Origin: Actinomycetota bacterium
Lineage (GTDB): Bacteria > Actinomycetota > Acidimicrobiia > Acidimicrobiales > JAHWLA01
Reading direction: 5' to 3'
Length of the DNA: 34,167 nucleotides
Assembly: GCA_019347595.1 (NCBI GenBank)
Contig: JAHWLA010000003.1
Span: forward strand, 1-34,167
A program made the translations under genes and the position numbers. The notes under the pieces were generated by a model, which was not told the DNA's origin, made no database searches, and saw only the letters and a list, made by a program, of their open reading frames with translations. The number at the start of each line of letters is the position of its first letter. Within the stretch, counting starts at the first letter, position 1. Of the stretch, positions 17,480 through 25,128 are shown piece by piece.

Positions 17480-17545
17480 GGGTGGGGGTGGGGGTGGCGC
17501 GTGTGCGGCGTGTGCGGCGGCGACGGGGCGGGGGCGTGGGCTCGG

Positions 17546-18001
17546 TCATGCGGCCACCGCCAAGGCCACGGCGGCGAACGCCAGCGGCGGCCCGGCCCAT
17601 CGCACAGGGGTGCGGACCAGCCACGGGGCTACGACGTAGACCAACCCGGCACCCACCACGAGACCCACGAGGCGCAGGCCGGCGTTGCCGAGCGTCGTCG
17701 CCGCCGGGCCGCACGCCACCAGCCCCGCCGCCGCGCCGAACAGCACGGCCCGCCACCCCGCCGGGGCCACCACGACCAAGGCGAGCGTCGCCAGCCACAC
17801 CGACGCCCCCGACACCGGCGGCCCCAATGCCACGGCCGGCCCGAGCACCGCCTGGGCGCCCGCCACCGCGGCCAACGAGGAGCTACCCCACCGGGCCAAC
17901 AGGGCCACGGCCACACCGGCGGCGGCGGCGCCCGCCACGACGTCGCCCGTCACCACGCCGAGCAGCACGGCGAGCAGGAAGGCGTCGCCTGTCGAACTCA
18001 C
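17546..18001 (-). CDS. Ala-rich membrane protein, unknown function (start uncertain)
   Basis: ORF 17546..18115. The hydrophobic segments are FLLAVLLGVVTG, VWLATLALVVVAPAGW, LRLVGLVVGAGLVYVVAPWL and LAFAAVALAVAA. GTG 18001 is the first start that does not overlap the upstream DUF5318 gene. Confidence 0.4.
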   Translation of the reverse strand: MSSTGDAFLLAVLLGVVTGDVVAGAAAAGVAVALLARWGSSSLAAVAGAQAVLGPAVALGPPVSGASVWLATLALVVVAPAGWRAVLFGAAAGLVACGPAATTLGNAGLRLVGLVVGAGLVYVVAPWLVRTPVRWAGPPLAFAAVALAVAA

Positions 18002-18051
18002 GACCAGGGCGGCGGCTCCCGCGGCGGCGGCGAGGCGGAGCTGTTCGGCGG

Positions 18052-18459
18052 TCAGGCCCGCCGCCGGCCCGCCGTGTAGGCCCGCACCAGGTGGTTCCAC
18101 ATGCAGTCGGGGCACACCTCAACCACATAGCACGCCACCTGGCCCGCGCGGCGAGTCAGCCGTCCCAGCTCGGTGGCGTTGACGAACGTATGGCCGTGGG
18201 CGGGCAGGTGGGGGCCGAAGGCGTAGGAGACGTGGACCATGGTCGGCGTCTCGCAGATCGGGCAGTCCTCCTCGGCGGGGGCGCCGATGTTGCGGGCCGC
18301 CCGGAGCAGCTCGGGGTGGGCGTCGCACACGTCGAGGCGGGAGAGGCGCCCGCGTTTGAACTCCTTGACGATGGAGTTGCGGGCCAGCCGGTACTCGATC
18401 TGGCCGGGCACGGCGGCGCCTGCCTGCGTGCCTCGCAACGACTGGGGGCCGAACTGCAC
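18052..18459 (-). CDS. DUF5318-family protein (Rv0049-like)
   Basis: IEYRLARNSIVKEFKRGRLSRLDVCDAHPELLRAARNIG..CPICE..VHVSYAFG..ACYVVEVCPDCMWNHL. This is the Cys4 pattern and the position next to padR-ino1 that I remember for DUF5318. Confidence 0.7.
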   Translation of the reverse strand: MQFGPQSLRGTQAGAAVPGQIEYRLARNSIVKEFKRGRLSRLDVCDAHPELLRAARNIGAPAEEDCPICETPTMVHVSYAFGPHLPAHGHTFVNATELGRLTRRAGQVACYVVEVCPDCMWNHLVRAYTAGRRRA

Positions 18460-18517
18460 CGGTCCAGGGTACCGCCCGAGGGGTTGACGGTCACCGGCGC
18501 CGACATGTCATACTGGT

Positions 18518-18544
18518 CTCGATATATCGGACCGATACATCGAG
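18518..18544. promoter_or_regulatory. 27-bp AT-rich near-perfect palindrome, candidate PadR operator
   Basis: CTCGATATATCGG-A-CCGATACATCGAG has arms matching 12/13. It ends 6 nt before the padR TTG start. A TTGACG hexamer lies at 18484-18489. Confidence 0.5.
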
Positions 18545-18550
18545 GACGCC

Positions 18551-19153
18551 TTGCTCGAACTCGCCATCCTGGGCCTGCTGAAGGAACAGGAGCTGCACGG
18601 CTACGAACTGAAGAAGCGGCTGAGCGAGATGCTCGGGCCGTTCTCGTCGGTGTCGTTCGGCTCGCTGTATCCGTGCCTGGCCCGGCTGGAGGCGGCGGGC
18701 GCGGTCAAGGCGGTCGAGGCCCACGGCGATCCCGGCCCGGCCATCCCCTCCACGGGGGCGTTGACCGGCGAGCTGGCCGCCTTCCGGGCGCGGAGCCGGG
18801 CGGTGCGGGGCAGCCGGGGCAAGAAGGTCTACGGCATCACCGAGCGGGGCGAGGCCCTGTTCGAGGAGCTGCTGCTGGCCGAGTCGCAGTCGGGCGACGA
18901 CGACCGGGCCTTCAACCTGAAGCTGGCCTTCGCCCGCTACCTGCCGTCCGAGGCCCGGTTGGGGCTGCTCGAACGGCGGCGGGCCCACCTGGTGGAGCGG
19001 CTGGCCAAGGCCCGCGGCGCCATGCGGGCGCGGCGCGAGCGCCTCGACGCGTACTCGCAATCGCTCTTGGACCACGGCACGGAAACCACCGAGCGCGACA
19101 TCTCGTGGCTCGACGGACTCATCGAACTGGAAAAGCAGGAGGCTCCTGAATGA
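18551..19153 (+). CDS. PadR-family transcriptional regulator (Rv0047c-like)
   Basis: [51 protein letters not shown] is a winged-helix PadR N-domain, followed by a long C-terminal helical domain. The stop overlaps the ino1 ATG (ATGA). Confidence 0.85.
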   Translation: MLELAILGLLKEQELHGYELKKRLSEMLGPFSSVSFGSLYPCLARLEAAGAVKAVEAHGDPGPAIPSTGALTGELAAFRARSRAVRGSRGKKVYGITERGEALFEELLLAESQSGDDDRAFNLKLAFARYLPSEARLGLLERRRAHLVERLAKARGAMRARRERLDAYSQSLLDHGTETTERDISWLDGLIELEKQEAPE

Positions 19154-20220
19154 GCAAGGTACGAGTGGCGATCGCGGGCGTTGGCAACTGCGCCAGCTCG
19201 CTGGTGCAGGGCGTCGAGTACTACCGCGACGCCGATCCCGACGAGCGGGTGCCCGGGCTCATGAACGTGGTGCTCGGCGGCTACCACGTCGGCGACGTCG
19301 AGTTCGTGGCCGCCTTCGACGTGGACGCCACCAAGGTCGGCCTCGACCTGGGCAAGGCCATCTACGCCGACATCAACAACACGATCCGCTTCGCCGACGT
19401 GCCCGACCTGGGCGTGACCGTGCAGCGGGGGCCGACCTTCGACGGCTTCGGCGAGTTCTACCGCCAGGTGGCCGAGGAATCGCCCGCCGAGCCGGTCGAC
19501 GTGGCTGCCGCGCTGCGCGAGTCCGGCGCCGACGTGCTGGTGTCGTACCTGCCGGTGGGGTCGGAGGAGGCGCAGAAGCACTACGCCCAGGCGTGCCTCG
19601 ACGCGGGCGTCGGGTTCGTCAATGCCATCCCCGTGTTCATCGCCTCCGACCCCGAGTGGGCGGCCAAGTTCGAGGTCGCGGGCGTGCCCATCGTGGGCGA
19701 CGACATCAAGAGCCAGGTGGGGGCGACGATCGTGCACCGCACCCTGGCCCGGTTGTTCGAGGACCGCGGCACCACCATCGACCACACCTACCAGCTCAAC
19801 TTCGGCGGGAACATGGACTTCATGAACATGCTGGAGCGCAAGCGGCTGAAGTCGAAGAAGATCTCCAAGACGCAGTCGGTCACGTCCCAGATCGACGCGG
19901 GCATCTCCGACCGTGACGTGCACATCGGGCCGTCGGACCACGTGCCGTGGCTGGAGGACCGCAAGTGGGCGTTCATCCGGCTGGAGGGGCGCAACTTCGG
20001 CGACGTGCCGCTGACAGTGGAGCTCAAGCTGGAGGTGCACGACTCGCCCAACTCGGCGGGCGTCATCATCGACGCCGTGCGCTGCGCCAAGATCGCCAAG
20101 GACCGGGGGCTCGGCGGGCCGGTCATGGGGGCGTCGGCCTACTTCATGAAGTCGCCGCCCGTGCAGTACCGCGACGAGGAAGCCCGCCAGATGGTGGAGG
20201 ACTTCGCCGACGGCAAGTAG
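19150..20220 (+). CDS. ino1: myo-inositol-1-phosphate synthase
   Basis: [37 protein letters not shown].., SYLPVGSE.., [12 protein letters not shown].., [11 protein letters not shown].., KSKKISKT. 356 aa, the typical actinobacterial Ino1 length. Confidence 0.95.
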   Translation: MSKVRVAIAGVGNCASSLVQGVEYYRDADPDERVPGLMNVVLGGYHVGDVEFVAAFDVDATKVGLDLGKAIYADINNTIRFADVPDLGVTVQRGPTFDGFGEFYRQVAEESPAEPVDVAAALRESGADVLVSYLPVGSEEAQKHYAQACLDAGVGFVNAIPVFIASDPEWAAKFEVAGVPIVGDDIKSQVGATIVHRTLARLFEDRGTTIDHTYQLNFGGNMDFMNMLERKRLKSKKISKTQSVTSQIDAGISDRDVHIGPSDHVPWLEDRKWAFIRLEGRNFGDVPLTVELKLEVHDSPNSAGVIIDAVRCAKIAKDRGLGGPVMGASAYFMKSPPVQYRDEEARQMVEDFADGK

Positions 20221-20228
20221 CGGCGGTT

Positions 20229-20270
20229 GTGTCGCAGTAGTGCGCCCTATACGGCGCACTACTGCGATAC
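20229..20270. repeat. palindromic element, family 3 copy A
   Basis: gtgTCGCAGTAGTGCGCC-ctatac-GGCGCACTACTGCGAtac has a 15-bp perfect stem. It starts 9 nt after the ino1 stop. Confidence 0.65.
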
Positions 20271-20576
20271 AACTTTCGGTGATTTCGCAGAAGTCCGGGT
20301 GTACACACGGACTACTGCGAAATCAGCGGAGGTGGGCAGCGTGACGCCCAGTTGCAACGCGCTCTCGTCCTGCTCCACCGACAGGTGCGTGGCCGTCACC
20401 GTCACCTCCGCTACCCGAGCGACGATCAGCGACCGCGGCACCCGCACGTCGACTTCCTGGAGAGCCAGCACGTCGGCGTCCAACCCCGAGCACGCGCGGC
20501 CCAGGGCTCCCGCGTCGCCGCCGTTTCCGTGCTCGCTGTTGAAGGTGACGACTCGAAGTCCAACCGGCGGGGTCAC
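20259..20576 (-). pseudogene. relic of an endonuclease/exonuclease/phosphatase (EEP) family gene
   Basis: From GTG 20576: VTPPVGLRVVTFNSEHGNGGD..GLDADVLALQEVD is an EEP N-terminal motif. It jumps directly to ..IVARVAEVTVTATHLS..ALQL, a late EEP strand plus His motif. About 80 aa are recognisable where about 230-260 are expected. The reading frame then runs into the family 3 palindromes. Confidence 0.45.
20281..20324. repeat. palindromic element, family 3 copy B (44-nt near-perfect palindrome)
   Basis: GATTTCGCAGaAGTCCGgGTGTACACaCGGACTaCTGCGAAATC has only two symmetric mismatches. It shares the TCGCAGTAGT / ACTACTGCGA arms with copy A. Confidence 0.65.
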
Positions 20577-20596
20577 GGCTGCGGCAACATTCCCCA

Positions 20597-21334
20597 ATGC
20601 CCACCGACAACGCGGCCGCCTGGGACCGCCACTCTGCCGCCTACCAGGCGGGCGCCCAGTTGCCCACCGACGTAGCCCACTACGGGCCCGACATCGGCAC
20701 CGAGGCCGAGTTCCGCCTGCTCGGCGACCTGAAGGGCAAGCGCGTCCTCGAGCTGGGGTGCGGCGGCGCGCAGTGCTCCATCGCCTTCGCCAAGCAGGGC
20801 GCCACCGCCATCGGGATCGACGCATCGGCCGAGCAGCTCGCCTTCGCCAAGCGCCTCTGCGACCGGGAGGAGGTGCGGGTGGAGCTGCGCCACGGCGACC
20901 TCGCCGACCTCGCGTTCCTCCGGGCCGACTCCATCGACGTGGCCTTCAGCGCCTACGCCTTCGGGTTCGTCGAGGATCTCAACCGTGTGTTCCGCCAGGT
21001 GCATCGCGTCCTGAAGGTCGGAGCGCCGCTCGTCTTCAGCCTTCCCCATCCCGCCTACGACATGATCGACGACGACGCCGACCAGCCGCTCCTCGTGCGC
21101 CGGTCGTACTTCGACCACTCGCCCATCGACTACGAGTGGAACGGCATCCAGTTCACCGACTACCACCACACCGTCTCCGACCTCTACATGGGGTTGGTCC
21201 GAGCCAGCTACCGGGTCGACACCATCCTCGAGCCCGCCCCGACCCACACCGGGCCGCGCAGCCAGCACTGGCGGGAGACGTTCCGCTACGTGCCCCGCAC
21301 GCTGATCGTCCGGGCCCGCAAGGAAGGCAGCTAA
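20597..21334 (+). CDS. class I SAM-dependent methyltransferase
   Basis: VLELGCGGAQCSIAFAKQGA..GIDAS is motif I, and DVAFSAYAF..L..VFRQVHRVLKVGAPLVFS covers motifs II/III. Confidence 0.85.
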   Translation: MPTDNAAAWDRHSAAYQAGAQLPTDVAHYGPDIGTEAEFRLLGDLKGKRVLELGCGGAQCSIAFAKQGATAIGIDASAEQLAFAKRLCDREEVRVELRHGDLADLAFLRADSIDVAFSAYAFGFVEDLNRVFRQVHRVLKVGAPLVFSLPHPAYDMIDDDADQPLLVRRSYFDHSPIDYEWNGIQFTDYHHTVSDLYMGLVRASYRVDTILEPAPTHTGPRSQHWRETFRYVPRTLIVRARKEGS

Positions 21335-22305
21335 GCGCCGATCCCACCGCCGGCGCCGGCGACCCAGTCGGCGTAGGCGAACAGGGCGGGGACGCCGCCC
21401 GTGTGCAGGAACACCGTCCGGGTGTCGCGCTCGATGCGGCCCTGGCGACGAGCGGCGAGCAACCCGGCCATGGCCTTGCCCGTGTAGACGGGATCGAGCC
21501 GCAACGCCTCGGTGCGCGCCGCCAGGTCGACGGCGGCGCGCGCTTCCTCGGTCGGCACCGCGTACCCGGGCCCCACGGCGCCGGCGAACACCTGCGGCTC
21601 GCCCACGGGGTCGGGCAACCCGGCGTAGCGAGCGGCGGCGACGGCGGCGTGGGCCACGGCCTCCACCGTGTCGGGACGCGCCCCCACGTCGACGCCGAGG
21701 ATTTTGCCGTGGTCCCCGAAGCCGGCGGCCAAGCCGGCCTGCGTGCCGCCCGACCCGACGGCGACGACCACCACGTCGATGTCGGCCAACTGCGCCCGCA
21801 GTTCGGCCGCCGCCGCCACATACCCCTGCGCCCCCACCACCGAGGCCCCCCCGATGGGCATGGCGTAGGGCCGTCGCCCCTCGTCGCGCAGCCGGGCGGC
21901 GGCCGCCTCGATCGCCTCCTCCAAGGCGGCGTATCCCAACCGCCCCGCCCACACGATGTCCGGCGCCAGCACCAGGTCGAGCACGACGTTGCCTGCCGGC
22001 AGCGAGGGCCGGTCGCTCGACAGGACGATCGTGCACGCCAGGCCGAGCTTGTTGGCCGCCCCCGCCGTCATGCGCACGTGGTTGCTCTGGCGCCCGCCGC
22101 CGGTGACCAGGGCGTCGCAGCCCTGCGCCAGCGCGTCGGCGCACAGGTACTCCAGCTTGCGGGCCTTGTTGCCCCCGCCCGCCAGGCCGGTGCAGTCGTC
22201 GCGCTTGATCCAGAGGGCGTCGGCGTCCATGTCGAGCGCAGCGGCCAGCCGGGGCGCGGGCTCCAGCGGCGTGGGGAGGTGCGCCAGCGCAATCCGAGAG
22301 GCCAT
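21331..22305 (-). CDS. PLP-dependent ACC deaminase / D-cysteine desulfhydrase family protein
   Basis: The real start is ATG 22305 (MASRIALAHLPTPLEP..). IKRDDCTGLAGGGNKARKLEYL is the family signature with the PLP Lys. 324 aa. The upstream part of track ORF 21331..22926 is a shadow frame. Confidence 0.8.
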   Translation of the reverse strand: MASRIALAHLPTPLEPAPRLAAALDMDADALWIKRDDCTGLAGGGNKARKLEYLCADALAQGCDALVTGGGRQSNHVRMTAGAANKLGLACTIVLSSDRPSLPAGNVVLDLVLAPDIVWAGRLGYAALEEAIEAAAARLRDEGRRPYAMPIGGASVVGAQGYVAAAAELRAQLADIDVVVVAVGSGGTQAGLAAGFGDHGKILGVDVGARPDTVEAVAHAAVAAARYAGLPDPVGEPQVFAGAVGPGYAVPTEEARAAVDLAARTEALRLDPVYTGKAMAGLLAARRQGRIERDTRTVFLHTGGVPALFAYADWVAGAGGGIGA

Positions 22306-22330
22306 GGCGAGGACGCTACCGTCGCCTCCC

Positions 22331-23023
22331 ATGTCGCAGCGCCTGATCCTGTGGGACATCGACGGCACCCTGGTGCGGGCCGGGCAGGTGGCGGCGGACG
22401 TCTTCGCCACGGCCGTGGAGCACGCCGTGGGCCGCCATCCCGGTGAGCACGGCGTCCGCATGGGCGGCAAGACCGACCCGCAGATCGCCTTGGAGATCCT
22501 GGCCTCCATGGGGATCGAGACAGGCCACGACCACCTGCCGCTCGTGCTCGGGCGGTTGGAAGCCGAGCTGGCGGGCGCCATCGACCTCATGCGCGAGGTG
22601 GGGACGGTGCTGCCCGGCGTGGCCGAGGTGCTGGCCCGCCTGCACGACGACGACGACGTGACCCAGACCGTTCTCACGGGCAACACCGCCGCCAACGCGG
22701 CGACCAAGCTGGCCACCTTCGACCTCGACATCTGGCTCGACCTCGAGATCGGTGCGTTCGGCAGCGACAACGCCGACCGGCTGCAACTCGTACCGGTGGC
22801 GATGGAGCGGGCAGCCGCGCAGGGACACGGCCCCTTCGAGCCCGACCAGGTGTGGGTGATCGGCGACACCGTGCACGACCTGGCCTGCGCCCGCGCCGCC
22901 GGCGTCCGCTGCGCCCTCGTCCGCACCGGCGCCCGTCCCTACGACCTCGACGACGTGGACGCCGACGCCGTGCTCGACGACCTGTCCGACGTCGACTCAG
23001 TGGTGAAGCTGCTCACGACGTAG
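22331..23023 (+). CDS. HAD-superfamily hydrolase
   Basis: From ATG 22331: MSQRLILWDIDGTLV (DxDGT motif I), VLTGN (motif II), VIGDTVHD (motif IV). Confidence 0.8.
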   Translation: MSQRLILWDIDGTLVRAGQVAADVFATAVEHAVGRHPGEHGVRMGGKTDPQIALEILASMGIETGHDHLPLVLGRLEAELAGAIDLMREVGTVLPGVAEVLARLHDDDDVTQTVLTGNTAANAATKLATFDLDIWLDLEIGAFGSDNADRLQLVPVAMERAAAQGHGPFEPDQVWVIGDTVHDLACARAAGVRCALVRTGARPYDLDDVDADAVLDDLSDVDSVVKLLTT

Positions 23024-23782
23024 TCGCTGCAACAGCGGGATGGCCGCCACCTTGTCGTCGGTCAGGTCGTCAAAGTCGATGGCGGGCGTACGGCCACGAC
23101 CACGGCGGCGGCCCCGCGTCTCGATCACCTCGTCGGGGGTCACGACGACGTCGACGGCCATGTCGTGGTCGGTCACCGGGATGACGCCGGCGTCCCTCAC
23201 CTGCAACGGGTGCACCGTGGTGACCACGACCGTCTTCGGGCCGATGAGGCCGGCGGCGGCGGCCACCGCGAACTCCAGGTCGCTGAAGCCGCCGCCTTTG
23301 CCGAGGCGGGCGCCGTCCCGACCGACGGCCACGCACCCGGTCACCACCAGGTCGACGGGTTCGAGCTCGTCGACGTCGACCGTGCGGGCCGACTTCGACG
23401 CCCCCTTGATCGACGACGCGTGCCGCGGCGAGTCGGCCAGGTCGGCGGGGTCGAGGAGGAAGAAGGGCCGCTCCTCGGCCAAGCGGGGCACCGCCATGTA
23501 GAGCGTCTTGCCGTCCTCCAAGGCCCGCTGCCGGACGGGCCACTGGGGCGAGTCGGGGTTGGCCTTCACCGTGCGGGCCGCCTGCCACTCCGGGGTGGTG
23601 CGCAGCCGCTCCGCTGCCGCTTCCGCCCCGGTGAAGTTGGGGATGCGCCCTTCGGCGCCGGGGAAACGAGCGACCTTGGCGGCGCGCATCGCATCCCACA
23701 CCTCCCGGCGCAGCGCAGCCTTGGCGGCGAGAACCGCGGGGTCGCCGCCCGCGTCGTGGTCGTGGCGAGGCGGGCGAGGCAC
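22997..23782 (-). CDS. 5-formyltetrahydrofolate cyclo-ligase family protein
   Basis: AAKAALRREVWDAM.. N-terminus, VDLVVTGCVAV..G.RLGKGGGFSDLEF (the G.GkGyyD-like motif). The start is placed at GTG 23782. It overlaps the HAD gene's 3' end by 27 nt, in convergent orientation. Confidence 0.6.
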   Translation of the reverse strand: MPRPPRHDHDAGGDPAVLAAKAALRREVWDAMRAAKVARFPGAEGRIPNFTGAEAAAERLRTTPEWQAARTVKANPDSPQWPVRQRALEDGKTLYMAVPRLAEERPFFLLDPADLADSPRHASSIKGASKSARTVDVDELEPVDLVVTGCVAVGRDGARLGKGGGFSDLEFAVAAAAGLIGPKTVVVTTVHPLQVRDAGVIPVTDHDMAVDVVVTPDEVIETRGRRRGRGRTPAIDFDDLTDDKVAAIPLLQRLRREQLHH

Positions 23783-23794
23783 GATGGCGAGGTT

Positions 23795-24397
23795 ATGACT
23801 CCTGCGTTGGACGGCTTGGTGGGGGCGGTGGTGGCCGCGCTGGCGGGCGGCGGGAGCGAGCGCGCCATGTGCGAGGCCATGCGACCCGCCATGGAGGCGA
23901 TGCTGCACACGCCCGACCAGCCGATCCCGGCGTGGGCCTACGAGCCGTGGCAGGGCGAAGCGGTCGGCAACCTGCTCCACGCCGATCCCGAGGGACGCTT
24001 CCACGTGCTCGCCGTGGTGTTCCCGGAGGGGACGTCGAGCGGCGTGCACCACCACGGCTGCTGGGGCGTGATCGGCTACCTCAGGGGCGGCGACGAGGAG
24101 ACCCGCTACGCCGACGGCTCGCTGGACGAGGTGTCGCGCCACGTCTGGCGCCAAGGCGACGTGACCTACCTGCTGCCCGACGAGGGCGAAGGCTGGCACC
24201 GCGTGCGCAACCCGGGGCCGGGCGTCGGCGTAAGCGTGCACGTCCTGTGCCGCCTGCCCGCCGACCACCCGCATGCGTTCTGGGACCGCGCGGCCGGCGA
24301 GGTGGTGCCCTTCCCGTTCGTGGAGGTGGCGCCCGACCGCTGGCGGGCGACGCTCGAAGTGCCACGTTCGTGGTATGGCGATAGCATGACGGTATGA
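23795..24397 (+). CDS. cupin-fold, cysteine-dioxygenase-like protein
   Basis: From ATG 23795. ..FHVLAVVFPEGTSSGVHHHGCWGVIGYLRGGDEE..GDVTYL.....WHRVRN is a metal-binding His pattern of CDO-type cupins. Confidence 0.6.
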   Translation: MTPALDGLVGAVVAALAGGGSERAMCEAMRPAMEAMLHTPDQPIPAWAYEPWQGEAVGNLLHADPEGRFHVLAVVFPEGTSSGVHHHGCWGVIGYLRGGDEETRYADGSLDEVSRHVWRQGDVTYLLPDEGEGWHRVRNPGPGVGVSVHVLCRLPADHPHAFWDRAAGEVVPFPFVEVAPDRWRATLEVPRSWYGDSMTV

Positions 24398-24696
24398 GCG
24401 GAAAACAACGGCTGTCGGCGACCGTCGACCCCGAACTCCTCGTCGCCGCCCACAAGGCGGTCGCGGCGGGTCGCGCCGAGAACGTGAGCGCGTGGGTTAA
24501 CGAGGCCTTGGCACGCCAGGTCGCGCACGACCGTCGCATGGTTGCGCTGGCCGCGTTCATCGGCGACTTCGAGGCCGAGCACGGCGCCATCACCGAAGGC
24601 GAAATGGCGGCGGCAGCCCGGAAGGCCGCGTCGCGAGCCACCGTCGTGCGGCCGACCGGCAAGCCCGCCCGCCGCCCCCGGCGCACCTCGGCGTGA
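24394..24696 (+). CDS. vapB: type II antitoxin (ribbon-helix-helix, VapB-like)
   Basis: 100 aa. QRLSATVDPELLVAAHKAV..NVSAWVNEALARQV has an RHH-like N-terminus. The ATG overlaps the cupin stop (ATGA), and its own stop overlaps the vapC GTG. Confidence 0.7.
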   Translation: MSGKQRLSATVDPELLVAAHKAVAAGRAENVSAWVNEALARQVAHDRRMVALAAFIGDFEAEHGAITEGEMAAAARKAASRATVVRPTGKPARRPRRTSA

Positions 24697-25070
24697 CGCT
24701 TGTGCTCGATGCGGGCGCGCTGCTCGCCATTGAACGAGGCGACCGCGACGTCGTCGCCCTGCTCAAGCGCGGGCTGTTGGCGGGACGCTCCCCACGTACG
24801 CACGGGGGCGTGGTCGGCCAGGTATGGCGGGGCGGCAGCCGTCAAGCGCGTCTGGCGGCATTGCTCCCGGGCGTCGACGTCGTGCCGTTGGACGACGCGC
24901 TGGGGCGTCGGGCCGGCGTGCTACTGGCGCGATGTCGTACTGCGGACGTGGTCGACGCCGCCGTGGTGCTCCTGGCCGACGACGGCGACCTCGTCGTCAC
25001 CTCGGACGTGACCGACCTGCGTCCACTGGCCCAAGCCGCCGGGACCCACCTCGAGCTCGTCCCCGTCTGA
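24693..25070 (+). CDS. vapC: PIN-domain toxin VapC
   Basis: 125 aa. LVLDAGALLAIERGD (first acidic residue), ..VDAAVVLLA..GDLVVTSDVTDL (C-terminal acidic residue). There is a 4-nt GTGA overlap with the antitoxin. Confidence 0.8.
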   Translation: MTLVLDAGALLAIERGDRDVVALLKRGLLAGRSPRTHGGVVGQVWRGGSRQARLAALLPGVDVVPLDDALGRRAGVLLARCRTADVVDAAVVLLADDGDLVVTSDVTDLRPLAQAAGTHLELVPV

Positions 25071-25085
25071 GTTGCGCTCACTCTG

Positions 25086-25122
25086 GAGTACATAGGGTAC
25101 GGATTCCGTACCCTATGTACTC
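25086..25122. repeat. palindromic element, family 1 copy B, between convergent vapC and cca
   Basis: GAGTACATAGGGTACG-GATTC-CGTACCCTATGTACTC is followed by GGGAC. It has the same outer arm, centre and 3' flank as 2331..2375, with compensatory changes in both arms. Confidence 0.7.
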
Positions 25123-25128
25123 GGGACG

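Noticed and set aside
17480-17497. G-runs (GGGGGGTGGGGGTGGGGGTGG) flanking the inverted-repeat element as G-quadruplex motifs
   Set aside because: There are only three G3+ tracts per side. In a genome this GC-rich such runs are expected, so there is no independent support.
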